Part shown: positions 38,566-48,163 of the stretch, one piece after another
How the letters are laid out: each line of letters opens with the position of its first letter
How positions within the stretch are numbered: the first letter of the stretch is position 1
Assembly (NCBI GenBank): GCA_036821185.1
Contig: DAISKD010000001.1
Coordinates: 505,934 to 569,933 of the forward strand
Source of the DNA: Chloroflexota bacterium
GTDB lineage: Bacteria > Chloroflexota > Dehalococcoidia > GIF9 > UBA5629
Direction of reading: 5' to 3'
Length of the DNA: 64,000 nucleotides
The notes under the pieces: generated by a model
Told to the model about the DNA's origin: nothing
The model's database searches: none
The model's input: the letters and a program-made list of their open reading frames with translations, nothing else
Position numbers and translations under genes: made by a program

Positions 38566-40590
38566 ATGGCTGTATATCGCTACTCGGAATGGGACGGCAC
38601 CCAGGATATTTTCGACCTGGACGCCGATGAGTTGATGAAACATCTGGAACGCTATTTGATGCCCTATGGCGACCTATCCTACGCCCTGCGCTCTTTACAA
38701 CGCGGCGGAATCACCGATAGCCAGGGACGGCGTCTCCCCAGCCTGGAAGACTTGCTGGACAGGTTGCGACAAAGGCGCCAGCAGCAGTTGGACAGGTATA
38801 ACCTGGGCTCAATACTGGACGATATCCGCAAGAGGCTGGACAACATAGTCAATACGGAGAGGGAAGGTATCTCACGGCGCCTCCAGGAGGCAAGACAGCA
38901 GGCAGCAGAAGGTCCCTCAGAACTGAGCCAGGAAGAACGGGAAAGGTTGCTCAAAGCTCTGGAGGATAGGGCGGTGCGGAACCTGGAGAAACTGGATGCG
39001 CTGCCACAGGACATCGGCGGTCAGATAAGAGAGCTCTCCCAGTACGATTTCATGGATGACGACGCCAGGCAGCAGTTCCAGGAACTTATGGACATGCTGA
39101 AGAAGTACGCCATGCAGCCCTATGCCCGGAACTTAATCCAGCAAGTCAAGAATCTGCAGCCGGGCGATATGGCCGCCATAAGGCAACTGCTCCAGGCGAT
39201 TAACCAGATGCTGGAACAGCGCCTTCGGGGTGAACAGCCGGACTACCAGGAGTTCCTCCGCAAGTTCGGACACTTCTTCGGACCCCAACCGCCGCAAAGT
39301 CTGGACGACCTCATCGAGTACCTGCAGGAGCAGATAAGGCAGGCGCAGTCACTGCTGGAAAGTCTCTCGCCTGAGGACAGGCAGGCACTCGAGGAGATGC
39401 TGGACTCGGTGACCGATGCTGCCACCCGCAGGGAGCTTGCTCGCCTTAGCGCCAACCTCCAGGCGCTAAACCCCGACTTTCCACTATACCAGCACTACCT
39501 CTTTTCCGGTGAGGAGCCGATCTCATATCAGGAAGCCCTCAAGCTGATGGAAATGTTGCACAAAATGGACAGGCTTGAGGCGGAGATGGAAAATGCGCGG
39601 TACAGTCGCTCCATGGAGACCATCAACGAGGAACTGCTGAGAGAGCTGCTCGGTGAGCGAGCCGCCAGAGAGCTGGAACAACTGCGCAACATCGCCCGCG
39701 TGCTGGAGGAGGCCGGCTATATCCAGCAAAACGAATATGGCTATGAGCTAACGCCACGCGGCATCAGGAAGATCGGGCAGAAAGCACTTCAGAACATTTT
39801 CGAAAAGTTGAAAAAAGACGTCTTCGGTGGACATAACCTGAGACGAAAGGGACAGGGCGGCGAGCAGACCGGGGAGACCAGAAGGTATCAGTTCGGTGAC
39901 GAGTTCCAGGTCCACATTCAGAGGACAGTAATGAACTCCATCTACCGTGAGCCCAAGGCTCCACCATTACACATCGCTCCGGAGGACTTTGAGGTCTTTG
40001 AGACCGAAGCCCTCACCCGCTCTGCCACGGTACTGATGCTAGACTTAAGCCTGTCCATGCCCATGAGAGGCAACTTCGAAGCGGCAAAAAGGGTTGCTAT
40101 CGCCCTCGATAGCCTCATCAGGAGTCAGTACCCCAGAGACATCCTTCACATCATCGGCTTCTCCACCTATGCCCGCGTGATCAATAAGGACGAGCTGCTC
40201 TATATAAGCTGGGACGAGTTTGACCCATACACCAATATCCAGCAGGGCCTGGCTCTAGCCCGGCATTTGCTGAGCAAGGCAAGAGCTGCCAACAAGCAGG
40301 TGATACTGATAACCGATGGCGAGCCCACCGCCCATATTGAAAATGGACGCCTGTTCCTGCAGTACCCACCCAGCCTGCGCACTCTGCAGCTAACGCTCAG
40401 AGAGGCGAGAAGGTGTACCCAGAGCGACATCGTAATCAACACCTTCATGCTCGATACTTCCCAGCTTTATACCTCGTTCGTCACCCAGATGGCAAAGATA
40501 GGTAAAGGGCGTGTCTTCTTCACCAGTGCTAATAGCCTGGGACAGTATATACTCGTGGACTACATCACTAATAAGAGGCGTCGAATATAG
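38566..40590 (+). CDS. vWA-domain protein with a long N-terminal charged, Q/E/R-rich coiled-coil region. It is the partner of the AAA+ ATPase (CobT/ChlD/NorD-like architecture).
   Basis: The ATG lies 2 nt after the upstream stop. The C-terminal vWA has a MIDAS-like motif in VLMLDLSLSMPMRG...ILITDGEPT. Confidence 0.75.
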   Translation: MAVYRYSEWDGTQDIFDLDADELMKHLERYLMPYGDLSYALRSLQRGGITDSQGRRLPSLEDLLDRLRQRRQQQLDRYNLGSILDDIRKRLDNIVNTEREGISRRLQEARQQAAEGPSELSQEERERLLKALEDRAVRNLEKLDALPQDIGGQIRELSQYDFMDDDARQQFQELMDMLKKYAMQPYARNLIQQVKNLQPGDMAAIRQLLQAINQMLEQRLRGEQPDYQEFLRKFGHFFGPQPPQSLDDLIEYLQEQIRQAQSLLESLSPEDRQALEEMLDSVTDAATRRELARLSANLQALNPDFPLYQHYLFSGEEPISYQEALKLMEMLHKMDRLEAEMENARYSRSMETINEELLRELLGERAARELEQLRNIARVLEEAGYIQQNEYGYELTPRGIRKIGQKALQNIFEKLKKDVFGGHNLRRKGQGGEQTGETRRYQFGDEFQVHIQRTVMNSIYREPKAPPLHIAPEDFEVFETEALTRSATVLMLDLSLSMPMRGNFEAAKRVAIALDSLIRSQYPRDILHIIGFSTYARVINKDELLYISWDEFDPYTNIQQGLALARHLLSKARAANKQVILITDGEPTAHIENGRLFLQYPPSLRTLQLTLREARRCTQSDIVINTFMLDTSQLYTSFVTQMAKIGKGRVFFTSANSLGQYILVDYITNKRRRI

Positions 40591-40606
40591 TTTAAAGGAG
40601 GTAACG

Positions 40607-41629
40607 ATGCGTGCAGCTATTCTGGTGGGCGACAAGCTCGAAATCAAAGATGTGCCCAAGCCCACACCCAAATATGAACAGGCTTTGGTCAAGCTAACAG
40701 TTGCCGGCGTCTGCCACTCGGACATCCATATGGTCAAAAGGGACTGGGCCAGGATGACCGCAACAGTCCAGATCCCTATAGGACATGAAGGCATAGGTAT
40801 AGTGGAGGAGCTAGGTCCCGGTGCAGAGAGGTCTGTGCAGGTCGGCGACAGGGTGATATTGGGACTGGGAGGGTTTACCGGATACTGGTGCGGCGCCTGC
40901 GAGTATTGTCTCAGTGGTAGACCGAGGCTATGTCGGCAGGCGGTGCCTATCATCGGCACTTACGCGGAGTACATCGTTGTCTGGGCAAAATCGCTGGTGA
41001 AACTGCCCAACGAGGTGAGCGACAACGAAGTGTCGCTGGCTTGCGGCGGTCTCACTGCCTATGGCGCGGTGAAAAAGCTCATCAAATATGCGGTAACGCC
41101 GGGGAAGCCCGTAGCCATCGTTGGCGCTGCCGGTGGACTCGGGCATTACGCCATCCAGATAGCTAAACTCTTCGGTTACCAGGTGATCGGGATAGATATC
41201 GGCAAAGAAAGGCTCGATTTCGTAAAAAGCATGGGGGCGGATTACGCTGTAGATGCCAGCGAGGCAACCCAGTTTGTTCGCGAAAAGCTGGGCGGCGCTT
41301 ACGCCAGCATCGTATTCACACCCAAGGTCGCCGGTTTCGAGCTGGGACTGACCCTGCTCAGGCGCGGTGGCATATTCATCGGCGTGGGTATGCCTGCGGT
41401 GAGCGAAGGCGGAATAACCTTAATGCCACTGGATGTGCTGAACAGGGACTTATTGATAATGTCCTCAGGCGCAGGCACGGTGGAGGATATGAGGGAGCTC
41501 GTCCAGCTGGCTGCTGCCGGCAAGGTCAAGAGCCACGTGGCTAGAGTCGCCACCCTCGAGCAGGCCCCTCAGGTGCTCGAGGAACTGGAACAAGGGAAAT
41601 TTACCGGCAGGGCAATTCTGAAAATATAG
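40607..41629 (+). CDS. Zinc-dependent alcohol dehydrogenase (MDR family)
   Basis: The catalytic-zinc motif GHEGIGIV is present. The structural-zinc motif CGACEYCLSGRPRLC is present. The Rossmann motif GAAGGLG is present. The start at MRAAILVG has an AAAGGAGGT ribosome-binding site. Confidence 0.85.
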   Translation: MRAAILVGDKLEIKDVPKPTPKYEQALVKLTVAGVCHSDIHMVKRDWARMTATVQIPIGHEGIGIVEELGPGAERSVQVGDRVILGLGGFTGYWCGACEYCLSGRPRLCRQAVPIIGTYAEYIVVWAKSLVKLPNEVSDNEVSLACGGLTAYGAVKKLIKYAVTPGKPVAIVGAAGGLGHYAIQIAKLFGYQVIGIDIGKERLDFVKSMGADYAVDASEATQFVREKLGGAYASIVFTPKVAGFELGLTLLRRGGIFIGVGMPAVSEGGITLMPLDVLNRDLLIMSSGAGTVEDMRELVQLAAAGKVKSHVARVATLEQAPQVLEELEQGKFTGRAILKI

Positions 41630-42997
41630 CTAAGCCGCCGGGGCATCCTTGGGCGAAGCCGGCATAACAAAAATAGCCGGTATGGTGATAAGCATCAACA
41701 ATACCAGACCGGTAAATACCATAAAAAAGCCGTGCGCCATGCTGTCTGCCTTTTGCAGGACTAGAGAGGTCACTGCCACACTGACAGCCCCACCGATCTG
41801 ACGGAACATCCCCCTCACCCCGGTGATGGTGGCTACACGGTCTGGCATAAGCTCAATGCAGGCGTTGTTCGCCGCCGGGGCAGATATACCCATGCCGAGA
41901 CCGGCAAATAACATTATCCCCGATACCAGGGCTACATCGTTGCTCTGCCACCAGGTAGTGCCCAGACCTACGGCGCTGGCAGCCAGCAGAATGAGGTTGA
42001 CCATCATCAGCACCGTGCCGATGAGCATCGGTTGACGATAGCCCCATTTCACCAGGAACATGCTGGTGACCGTGGAAGCTATAATCATGCCCACCGACCG
42101 CGGTGTAAGCACAAACCCGCTCTGAAATATCGTCATGCCATGCACAGAGACAGCATAAAGGGGAATAAATGCCATCACCCCCATAACACAGGCACCAAGC
42201 ACAAAATTATATATGTTCGCCGCCACAAAAGGTCTGTCCCTGAGTACCTCCAGGTCTATTATCGGCGTTTTGGCCCTCTTCTCATACCAAACAAATGTGG
42301 TTATCATCGCCCCGCTGGAAACAAACAGTACCCCCGACGCCAGCCATGATCCGCCACCATTGCCTATCTGGGTCAGCCCTGATAACAGGGCGAAAAGCGA
42401 AGCTGTTAAAAGCCCCGCCCCCACCAAGTCCATCTGCCCCCCTTCTCTCTCATCGCCTTTCAAAAGGATAGCGGCTACTGCAATGGCAAGAACGCCGAGC
42501 GGGACATTGCACCAGAAGACAGACCGCCATCCGAAAGTCTCAACCAGCCAGCCGCCAAGGTTAGGACCTATTATCTGACCGATAGGGAAGATACTGGTAA
42601 ACAGCCCGATCGCCTGCTGTCTCGACCCGGGGAATTCCCTGGCAGCTATGCTGGTTGCCACCGGCAAAAAACTGCCCGCACCTATTCCCTGAATAGCCCT
42701 GAAGAGGATAAGGGACTCGATATTCGGAGCTATGGCACAAAATAAGGAGCCAAGAGTAAACGATGATAAAGCCACCATGAAAATCAGCTTCACCCCGAAG
42801 ATATCCCCAGCTTTCCCTGCCAGGGGCATGGTCACGATGGAAACCAGTTGAAAAATCGTCAGCACCCAGCCAGCAACAACCAGCGAAACGCCAAAAGAGT
42901 CTGTGATTATGGGAAAAGCAACAGAGACCGCAGTGCCACTTATCGCCACCATCAACAGCCCTAAAGAGATCACCACGAAGATAAAGTATCTGGACAT
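41630..42997 (-). CDS. MFS transporter (14-TMS DHA2-like drug:H+ antiporter)
   Basis: The protein is a 455-aa polytopic membrane protein with MFS motifs. Confidence 0.8.
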   Translation of the reverse strand: MSRYFIFVVISLGLLMVAISGTAVSVAFPIITDSFGVSLVVAGWVLTIFQLVSIVTMPLAGKAGDIFGVKLIFMVALSSFTLGSLFCAIAPNIESLILFRAIQGIGAGSFLPVATSIAAREFPGSRQQAIGLFTSIFPIGQIIGPNLGGWLVETFGWRSVFWCNVPLGVLAIAVAAILLKGDEREGGQMDLVGAGLLTASLFALLSGLTQIGNGGGSWLASGVLFVSSGAMITTFVWYEKRAKTPIIDLEVLRDRPFVAANIYNFVLGACVMGVMAFIPLYAVSVHGMTIFQSGFVLTPRSVGMIIASTVTSMFLVKWGYRQPMLIGTVLMMVNLILLAASAVGLGTTWWQSNDVALVSGIMLFAGLGMGISAPAANNACIELMPDRVATITGVRGMFRQIGGAVSVAVTSLVLQKADSMAHGFFMVFTGLVLLMLITIPAIFVMPASPKDAPAA

Positions 42998-43178
42998 GGC
43001 GATTATTTTAGCAGGCTAGCCCTGGCAGCAACAAAACAGGGAGCGTCCGAAAACGGCTATAGATATTGCTGGGCTGCCCCCGGTATAAGACCAGTAGCTT
43101 TGCACAGAGGTTGACAGCCCGCAAAATCGGGGGTTACACTATGGCACCTGGACAAAAATCATAAAAGGAAGGTGAACT

Positions 43179-44012
43179 ATGTGCGAAAACTGCCATAAAC
43201 ACGGAGAGGGGAAAATATGGTATTTACAGGCTAAGAATTACTCGCTCGATCTACGAAGCGACCTTAAAAGGCGTGGCATAGTTTTCGATAATAAACTCTA
43301 CCGGCAAAGCCTGCAGAAATGGGAGGAAATGAAGAAAAAACCGTTCTTGATAAGAGCCATAATGGAACCTGGCATCAGGAGGCGTGCCAGGCAACAGCAC
43401 TCCGGTCAGGTTCTCCCCATCGAAGACGTGGAGAAGGTCTTCCAGATTGTGAACAGTGTGGTGTGCGTGGACTGCTGGTGCCGCAAGGCCAAAAACGTCA
43501 AGGACCTGCGTTATTGCTACGGACTGAGCGTGTTACCGCCGGACGAACACGTCCAGAGAGTGGCACGCAGGCCTGGCTCCGGGTTCCTCTCGGGCGCCGA
43601 GACCACAGGCTTGGAAAAGTTGACCAAGGAAGAGGCGCTTAACAACATGAGGGAATACGAGAAGGATGGCTTGGTCCACTCCATCTGGGTGGCGCCAGAG
43701 CCTTTTATTATTGGCATCTGCAACTGCGATCGCTCAGACTGCGGTGCCCTTTCGCGCACGGTGATGGCAGGAATAGACACCCTAACACGCGCTGAATACG
43801 TCGCCGAGATAGACCCGGAACTGTGCAACGGCTGCCGTAACTGCATGCGCGTCTGCCAGTTTGGCGCCATCGGCTACAGCGCCGCCACTAAGAAGGTGTT
43901 TATCGACCTGACCCGATGCTTTGGTTGCGGGATCTGCCGCTCAGTCTGCACCAAGAACGCTATCCACCTACATGACCGTGCCAGCGTACCGGTAGCTGCC
44001 AACTTGTGGTGA
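43179..44012 (+). CDS. Cys-rich iron-sulfur protein with a C-terminal 2x[4Fe-4S] ferredoxin domain
   Basis: The N-terminus carries CENCHKHGEG. The C-terminus carries CNGCRNCMRVC and CFGCGICRSVC. Confidence 0.6.
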   Translation: MCENCHKHGEGKIWYLQAKNYSLDLRSDLKRRGIVFDNKLYRQSLQKWEEMKKKPFLIRAIMEPGIRRRARQQHSGQVLPIEDVEKVFQIVNSVVCVDCWCRKAKNVKDLRYCYGLSVLPPDEHVQRVARRPGSGFLSGAETTGLEKLTKEEALNNMREYEKDGLVHSIWVAPEPFIIGICNCDRSDCGALSRTVMAGIDTLTRAEYVAEIDPELCNGCRNCMRVCQFGAIGYSAATKKVFIDLTRCFGCGICRSVCTKNAIHLHDRASVPVAANLW

Positions 44013-44388
44013 GGCGTCTGCTGCAATACCGTAACAGAAAACTTTCTTTGTCAGCAAAAGAGACTGCATAAGTTTCTAAACTTCACACCTTGCCTGGTGC
44101 AGCTCAAAAGCTAACCAGGCAGGGTTCATTGCCTATTTAGCTACCCCCAAGCGCTATCAGCCAACAACTACAAGGAAAGCTGGTTCACATCTCACTGCTC
44201 GCCAGAAGACAACCACATTATCTCTTTCGGTCACTGCATTTGGCCGTTTGGTACTTCCTCAGACAAGCCGTGAAAAACGACAATTTTCTTAGGTCTTGGC
44301 CGTAACTGCGGTGCCACCTCGCCTGAGGATAGACGCACTGTCGTTTATTGGCCAACTTTGTCACTAGCAGGTTTAAAGGGGGTAAAAA

Positions 44389-47300
44389 ATGAAAAAATGG
44401 AATGACCTGAAGATAGGAATTAAGCTGCTCATAGGTTTCCTAATAATCGTGGCATTGGCTGGTGCACAGAGCTACGTCGCCATCAGTTCACTTGCCTCCA
44501 TAAATAAAGCGAAAGAGGTCCTGATCGCCGTCCATGAAGCACAACATGAACTGCAGGAGATCTCCGAAAACAGGCACCAGTACATGGCTGACAGCGATAC
44601 CAGTCATGGAAGCCACATAAGGACTGCAATAGCAAACTTGAAACACTATCTCCGAGTTATCGATGACCAGTCTAGTAACTCGCAGGCCTCTCAAGTTTGC
44701 AAAGAGCTAACCGAGCATCTTGGTACCTATGAGACAACTTTCGCTACTTATTTGAATGCCACCGAATCAAACGAGCTGGTGCTACAGGACTGGAGAAAAA
44801 TCGGTGACGAGTTTCCCAAGCTGACCAGTAGCTTAAAAGAGAAGGTAAAAAGAGGTGGTGACGAGTTCATCCAGGCAGACGCACTTGAGAAAAAGTTCCT
44901 GTTCATGAGGGTACAGGCACTCTACTTCATAAAGAACAGGAATGAGCAAAGCTGGCGTGACTTTATAGCGGCGATGTCAGATACAGAGACCGAAGCCAGG
45001 AACCTGGTAGCAATGACCAAAAACAGCCAGGAGCTAGCCCCCATCGCCACAAACATCATGGACCACATAAATAAGTACATCAGCCAGGCAGACATCTACC
45101 ACGGTAATGTACTTAAACAGCATGCTTGCGAAGCTGCACTGGCAAAATTGGAACAGCAGATCCGTGGCAACGCCGACAAGACGAGTCAGAATTACGGCGG
45201 CATAAGTCTGCTGGTAGCCATGGCAAATGAACGTATGGAAACTACCAGCAGGTCAGCCCTGGTGGTTACCGTTGCCTTCGTGATAGCCGCCATCCTCGCC
45301 TCCGTATTCATCATCTTTATGCTGATGCGGAGCATAACTCGCCCAATGAAGCAAGTTGAGAAAGCACTGAAAAAGATTGCTGTCGGAGATATCACCGAAA
45401 AGGTGGATTACGCCTCCAAAGACGAGGTTGGACAGATGGCACAGGCATATAGAGAGATGCAGGTCTACCTCGAGGAGATGGCAGATATAGCCGACAAGAT
45501 AGCTAAGGGACAACTTAATGACATCAACGCCCAACCGAAGTCTGAAAAGGACTTTTTAGGCAATGCCCTCAGCCAGATGGTCAAGTATCTGCAGGACGTA
45601 GGTTCCCAGCTCCGTAAAGCCGCCTTCGAGTCCGGAGCCAGAGCTATGTACCTGAATAAGCTCCCAACGCCGGTAATGGTGATGGACAATGAACTCAACG
45701 TAATCTTTGCAAATCTGGCCGCCGCCCAAGCAGCCGGGAAAAAACCTGAAGATTGCATCGGCAAGAAGTGTTACACCTTATTTAACGCCACCGATTGTCA
45801 TACTGAAAACTGCCAGTTAGCTAAAGCGCTCAAAACCGACTCCGTGTGCGTTGGTGAAACGGTCGCCAACCTGCCTTCCGGACAGCTTCCGATCCGTTAC
45901 TACTGCGCCCCGCTCAAGGATGATAAGGGTAAGCTCATCGGTGGCATGGAATATATCATCGACATCACCGACGAAAAGAAGAGCATTGACGGAGTGCTGG
46001 AACTGGTCAAAGCTGCCCAAGAGGGCAAACTCAGCATTCGCGCCGACGAAGCAAAATACAGCGGCAACTTCCGCAAGATCATCAGCGGTATCAACAAGCT
46101 GCTGGACACCATTACAGAGCCGATAAACGAGGCTGCCCAGGTGCTGGCACGCATGGCGGAGAAGGACTTCACCGTCAAAGTGATGGGTGACTACAAGAAT
46201 GACCTGGCAAATATTAAGGAGTCGGTCAATAAGGTTATCGACAGCGTCGGTTCTTTGATTGCACAACTCAAGGACAATGTGGATGAACTCTCCGGCTCCA
46301 GCAACCAGCTATTCAGCGCCGCCCAACAGTCCGGCTCGGCGACATCACAAATAGCCAACGTCAGTCAACAAATTGCTAAGGGCGCAGAAGAGCAGTCCAG
46401 AGGTATCGGCAAAGTGAGGGTATCTCTGGAACAGCTGTCCAGGGCCATAGATATGGTAGCCAAAGCCGGCCAAGAACAGATGAAATCGGTGGGGCAGGCC
46501 TCCCTGATAGTCCAGCAAGTAAGTAAGGCTACAGAGCAGTCCGCTGCCAACGCGCGGGAGGCTGCTGTAGGTGCGGAACAGGCAATGCAGCTCGCCAAGG
46601 AAGGTAGTCTGGCTGTAGATGCCAATATCAAAGCGATGTACAAGATCCGCAACGTGGTCAACGAAATGAGCGACAAAATAAATGAACTTGGCCGCCACTC
46701 CGAGGAGATCGGCAGAATGATATCGGTGATCGAGGACATAGCAGCACAGACCAACCTCCTCGCCCTTAACGCAGCCATCGAAGCCGCCAGAGCAGGTGAA
46801 CAGGGGCGCGGTTTCGCCGTAGTAGCTGACGAGGTAAAGAAACTCGCTGAACGCACCGCTAAAGAGGCCAAGGAAATCGCCAGCCTCGTCAGCACTGTCC
46901 AGAAAGGCGTCACCGAGTCCATCAAAGCTGCCAGGGAAGGTGCCAGCCAGACCGAGGAAGGCGTCAGTATAGCCAACGAAGCTGGTCAAGCCCTGAACAA
47001 AATACTCGATGCTGCCAAAGCGGTGGCCAAGCAAATTGAACAGATCTCGGCGGCAGCCCAACAGGTGAGCATTTCAGCTACCGAGATGGTGAAGGTTATC
47101 GACAGCGTGAGCAAGTCCGCCGAGGAGAACTCCGTCGCCGCCACCCAGATGGTGACAACCAAAGAGGAAGTCCTCGACAGCGTCAGCAACGTGGCTGGGG
47201 TGGTCGAGGAGAACAGCGCTGCCGCTGAGGAAATGTCGGCATCAGCAGAAGAAATGAGCGCACAGGTGCAACAGGTGGTGGCCGCATCTCACCTGCTTAC

Positions 47301-47457
47301 AGAAATGGCAAAAGAACTGCACGATACCGTTTCCCTGTTCAAAGTGAGCAGTAACGGGGGTAATGGGGGCGGTCGAAAGTCTAGAGAGAAACTGCTCAAG
47401 GAAACAATCGTCGGTGTTAAGGTTGAGCCCAGCGCGGCAACACCGACCAAAAACTAG
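44389..47457 (+). CDS. Methyl-accepting chemotaxis protein (1022 aa) with TM segments, HAMP domains, a Cys/His-rich PAS-like domain and a C-terminal MCP signalling domain
   Basis: The signalling-domain sequence [44 protein letters not shown] is present. The PAS-like segment reads [22 protein letters not shown]. The ribosome-binding site is AAAGGGGG. Confidence 0.9.
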   Translation: MKKWNDLKIGIKLLIGFLIIVALAGAQSYVAISSLASINKAKEVLIAVHEAQHELQEISENRHQYMADSDTSHGSHIRTAIANLKHYLRVIDDQSSNSQASQVCKELTEHLGTYETTFATYLNATESNELVLQDWRKIGDEFPKLTSSLKEKVKRGGDEFIQADALEKKFLFMRVQALYFIKNRNEQSWRDFIAAMSDTETEARNLVAMTKNSQELAPIATNIMDHINKYISQADIYHGNVLKQHACEAALAKLEQQIRGNADKTSQNYGGISLLVAMANERMETTSRSALVVTVAFVIAAILASVFIIFMLMRSITRPMKQVEKALKKIAVGDITEKVDYASKDEVGQMAQAYREMQVYLEEMADIADKIAKGQLNDINAQPKSEKDFLGNALSQMVKYLQDVGSQLRKAAFESGARAMYLNKLPTPVMVMDNELNVIFANLAAAQAAGKKPEDCIGKKCYTLFNATDCHTENCQLAKALKTDSVCVGETVANLPSGQLPIRYYCAPLKDDKGKLIGGMEYIIDITDEKKSIDGVLELVKAAQEGKLSIRADEAKYSGNFRKIISGINKLLDTITEPINEAAQVLARMAEKDFTVKVMGDYKNDLANIKESVNKVIDSVGSLIAQLKDNVDELSGSSNQLFSAAQQSGSATSQIANVSQQIAKGAEEQSRGIGKVRVSLEQLSRAIDMVAKAGQEQMKSVGQASLIVQQVSKATEQSAANAREAAVGAEQAMQLAKEGSLAVDANIKAMYKIRNVVNEMSDKINELGRHSEEIGRMISVIEDIAAQTNLLALNAAIEAARAGEQGRGFAVVADEVKKLAERTAKEAKEIASLVSTVQKGVTESIKAAREGASQTEEGVSIANEAGQALNKILDAAKAVAKQIEQISAAAQQVSISATEMVKVIDSVSKSAEENSVAATQMVTTKEEVLDSVSNVAGVVEENSAAAEEMSASAEEMSAQVQQVVAASHLLTEMAKELHDTVSLFKVSSNGGNGGGRKSREKLLKETIVGVKVEPSAATPTKN

Positions 47458-47475
47458 CTTGGCAAGGGGGTTAAA

Positions 47476-48030
47476 ATGCCTGCAAACGGCCAGACAAGTG
47501 AAAAGCATCTCGTCCTGTTCACCATAGCCGGAGAGAAATATGCCGTTGACATCAATTCCGTCTATGAGATCATCAGGCCACAGCCGATTACCAGAGTTCC
47601 CAAGGCGCCGTTCTTCGTAGAAGGTATCATCAACCTCAGAGGTAAAGTTGTTCCTGTCGTTGACATGCGCAAAAGGTTCGGGCTGGCAGACACTGAACAG
47701 ACCAAGGACAGCCGCATCATGGTCGTGGACAGCAACGGCGAAAGCGTGGGCATAATCGTTGATGCCGTCACCGAAGTGTTGCGCATACCTGCCGATTCTA
47801 TAGAGCCGCCTTCAAATATCATCATCTCCACGTCATTAGACTATATGCTCGGCATCGCCAAGCGCAACGGTGACATGATTGTGCTGCTCGATCTCAATAA
47901 AGTCCTTTCCAAGGAACAGGCACTTGCATCCTCTTCGCTTGAGGACAAAAGGCTAGAGCATAAAATGGCCCCGCTGACTGTAGGATCGAGAGAGGAGGGA
48001 CTGGAAACAACAGGCACACCAACCGACTAG
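47476..48030 (+). CDS. cheW: Chemotaxis coupling protein CheW
   Basis: The CheW-like domain sequence FTIAGEKYAVDINSVYEII...VEGIINLRGKVVPVVDMR is present. Confidence 0.85.
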   Translation: MPANGQTSEKHLVLFTIAGEKYAVDINSVYEIIRPQPITRVPKAPFFVEGIINLRGKVVPVVDMRKRFGLADTEQTKDSRIMVVDSNGESVGIIVDAVTEVLRIPADSIEPPSNIIISTSLDYMLGIAKRNGDMIVLLDLNKVLSKEQALASSSLEDKRLEHKMAPLTVGSREEGLETTGTPTD

Positions 48031-48163
48031 AGCGCCATGCTGCTAGAGCTAAGGGGCAATATTTACATTCAAATCAGGGAGACATACGACCATACTCCGA
48101 AACGGCCTCCCTGCTTAGGAACAGCGCCTCAGTGGTTCATGGGGCAAAATACGGAGGACCGGG

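Noticed and set aside
46345-47061. 238-aa and 203-aa minus-strand ORFs inside the MCP gene
   Set aside because: They are antisense to the conserved MCP signalling domain and are repetitive Gly/Leu-rich shadow ORFs.
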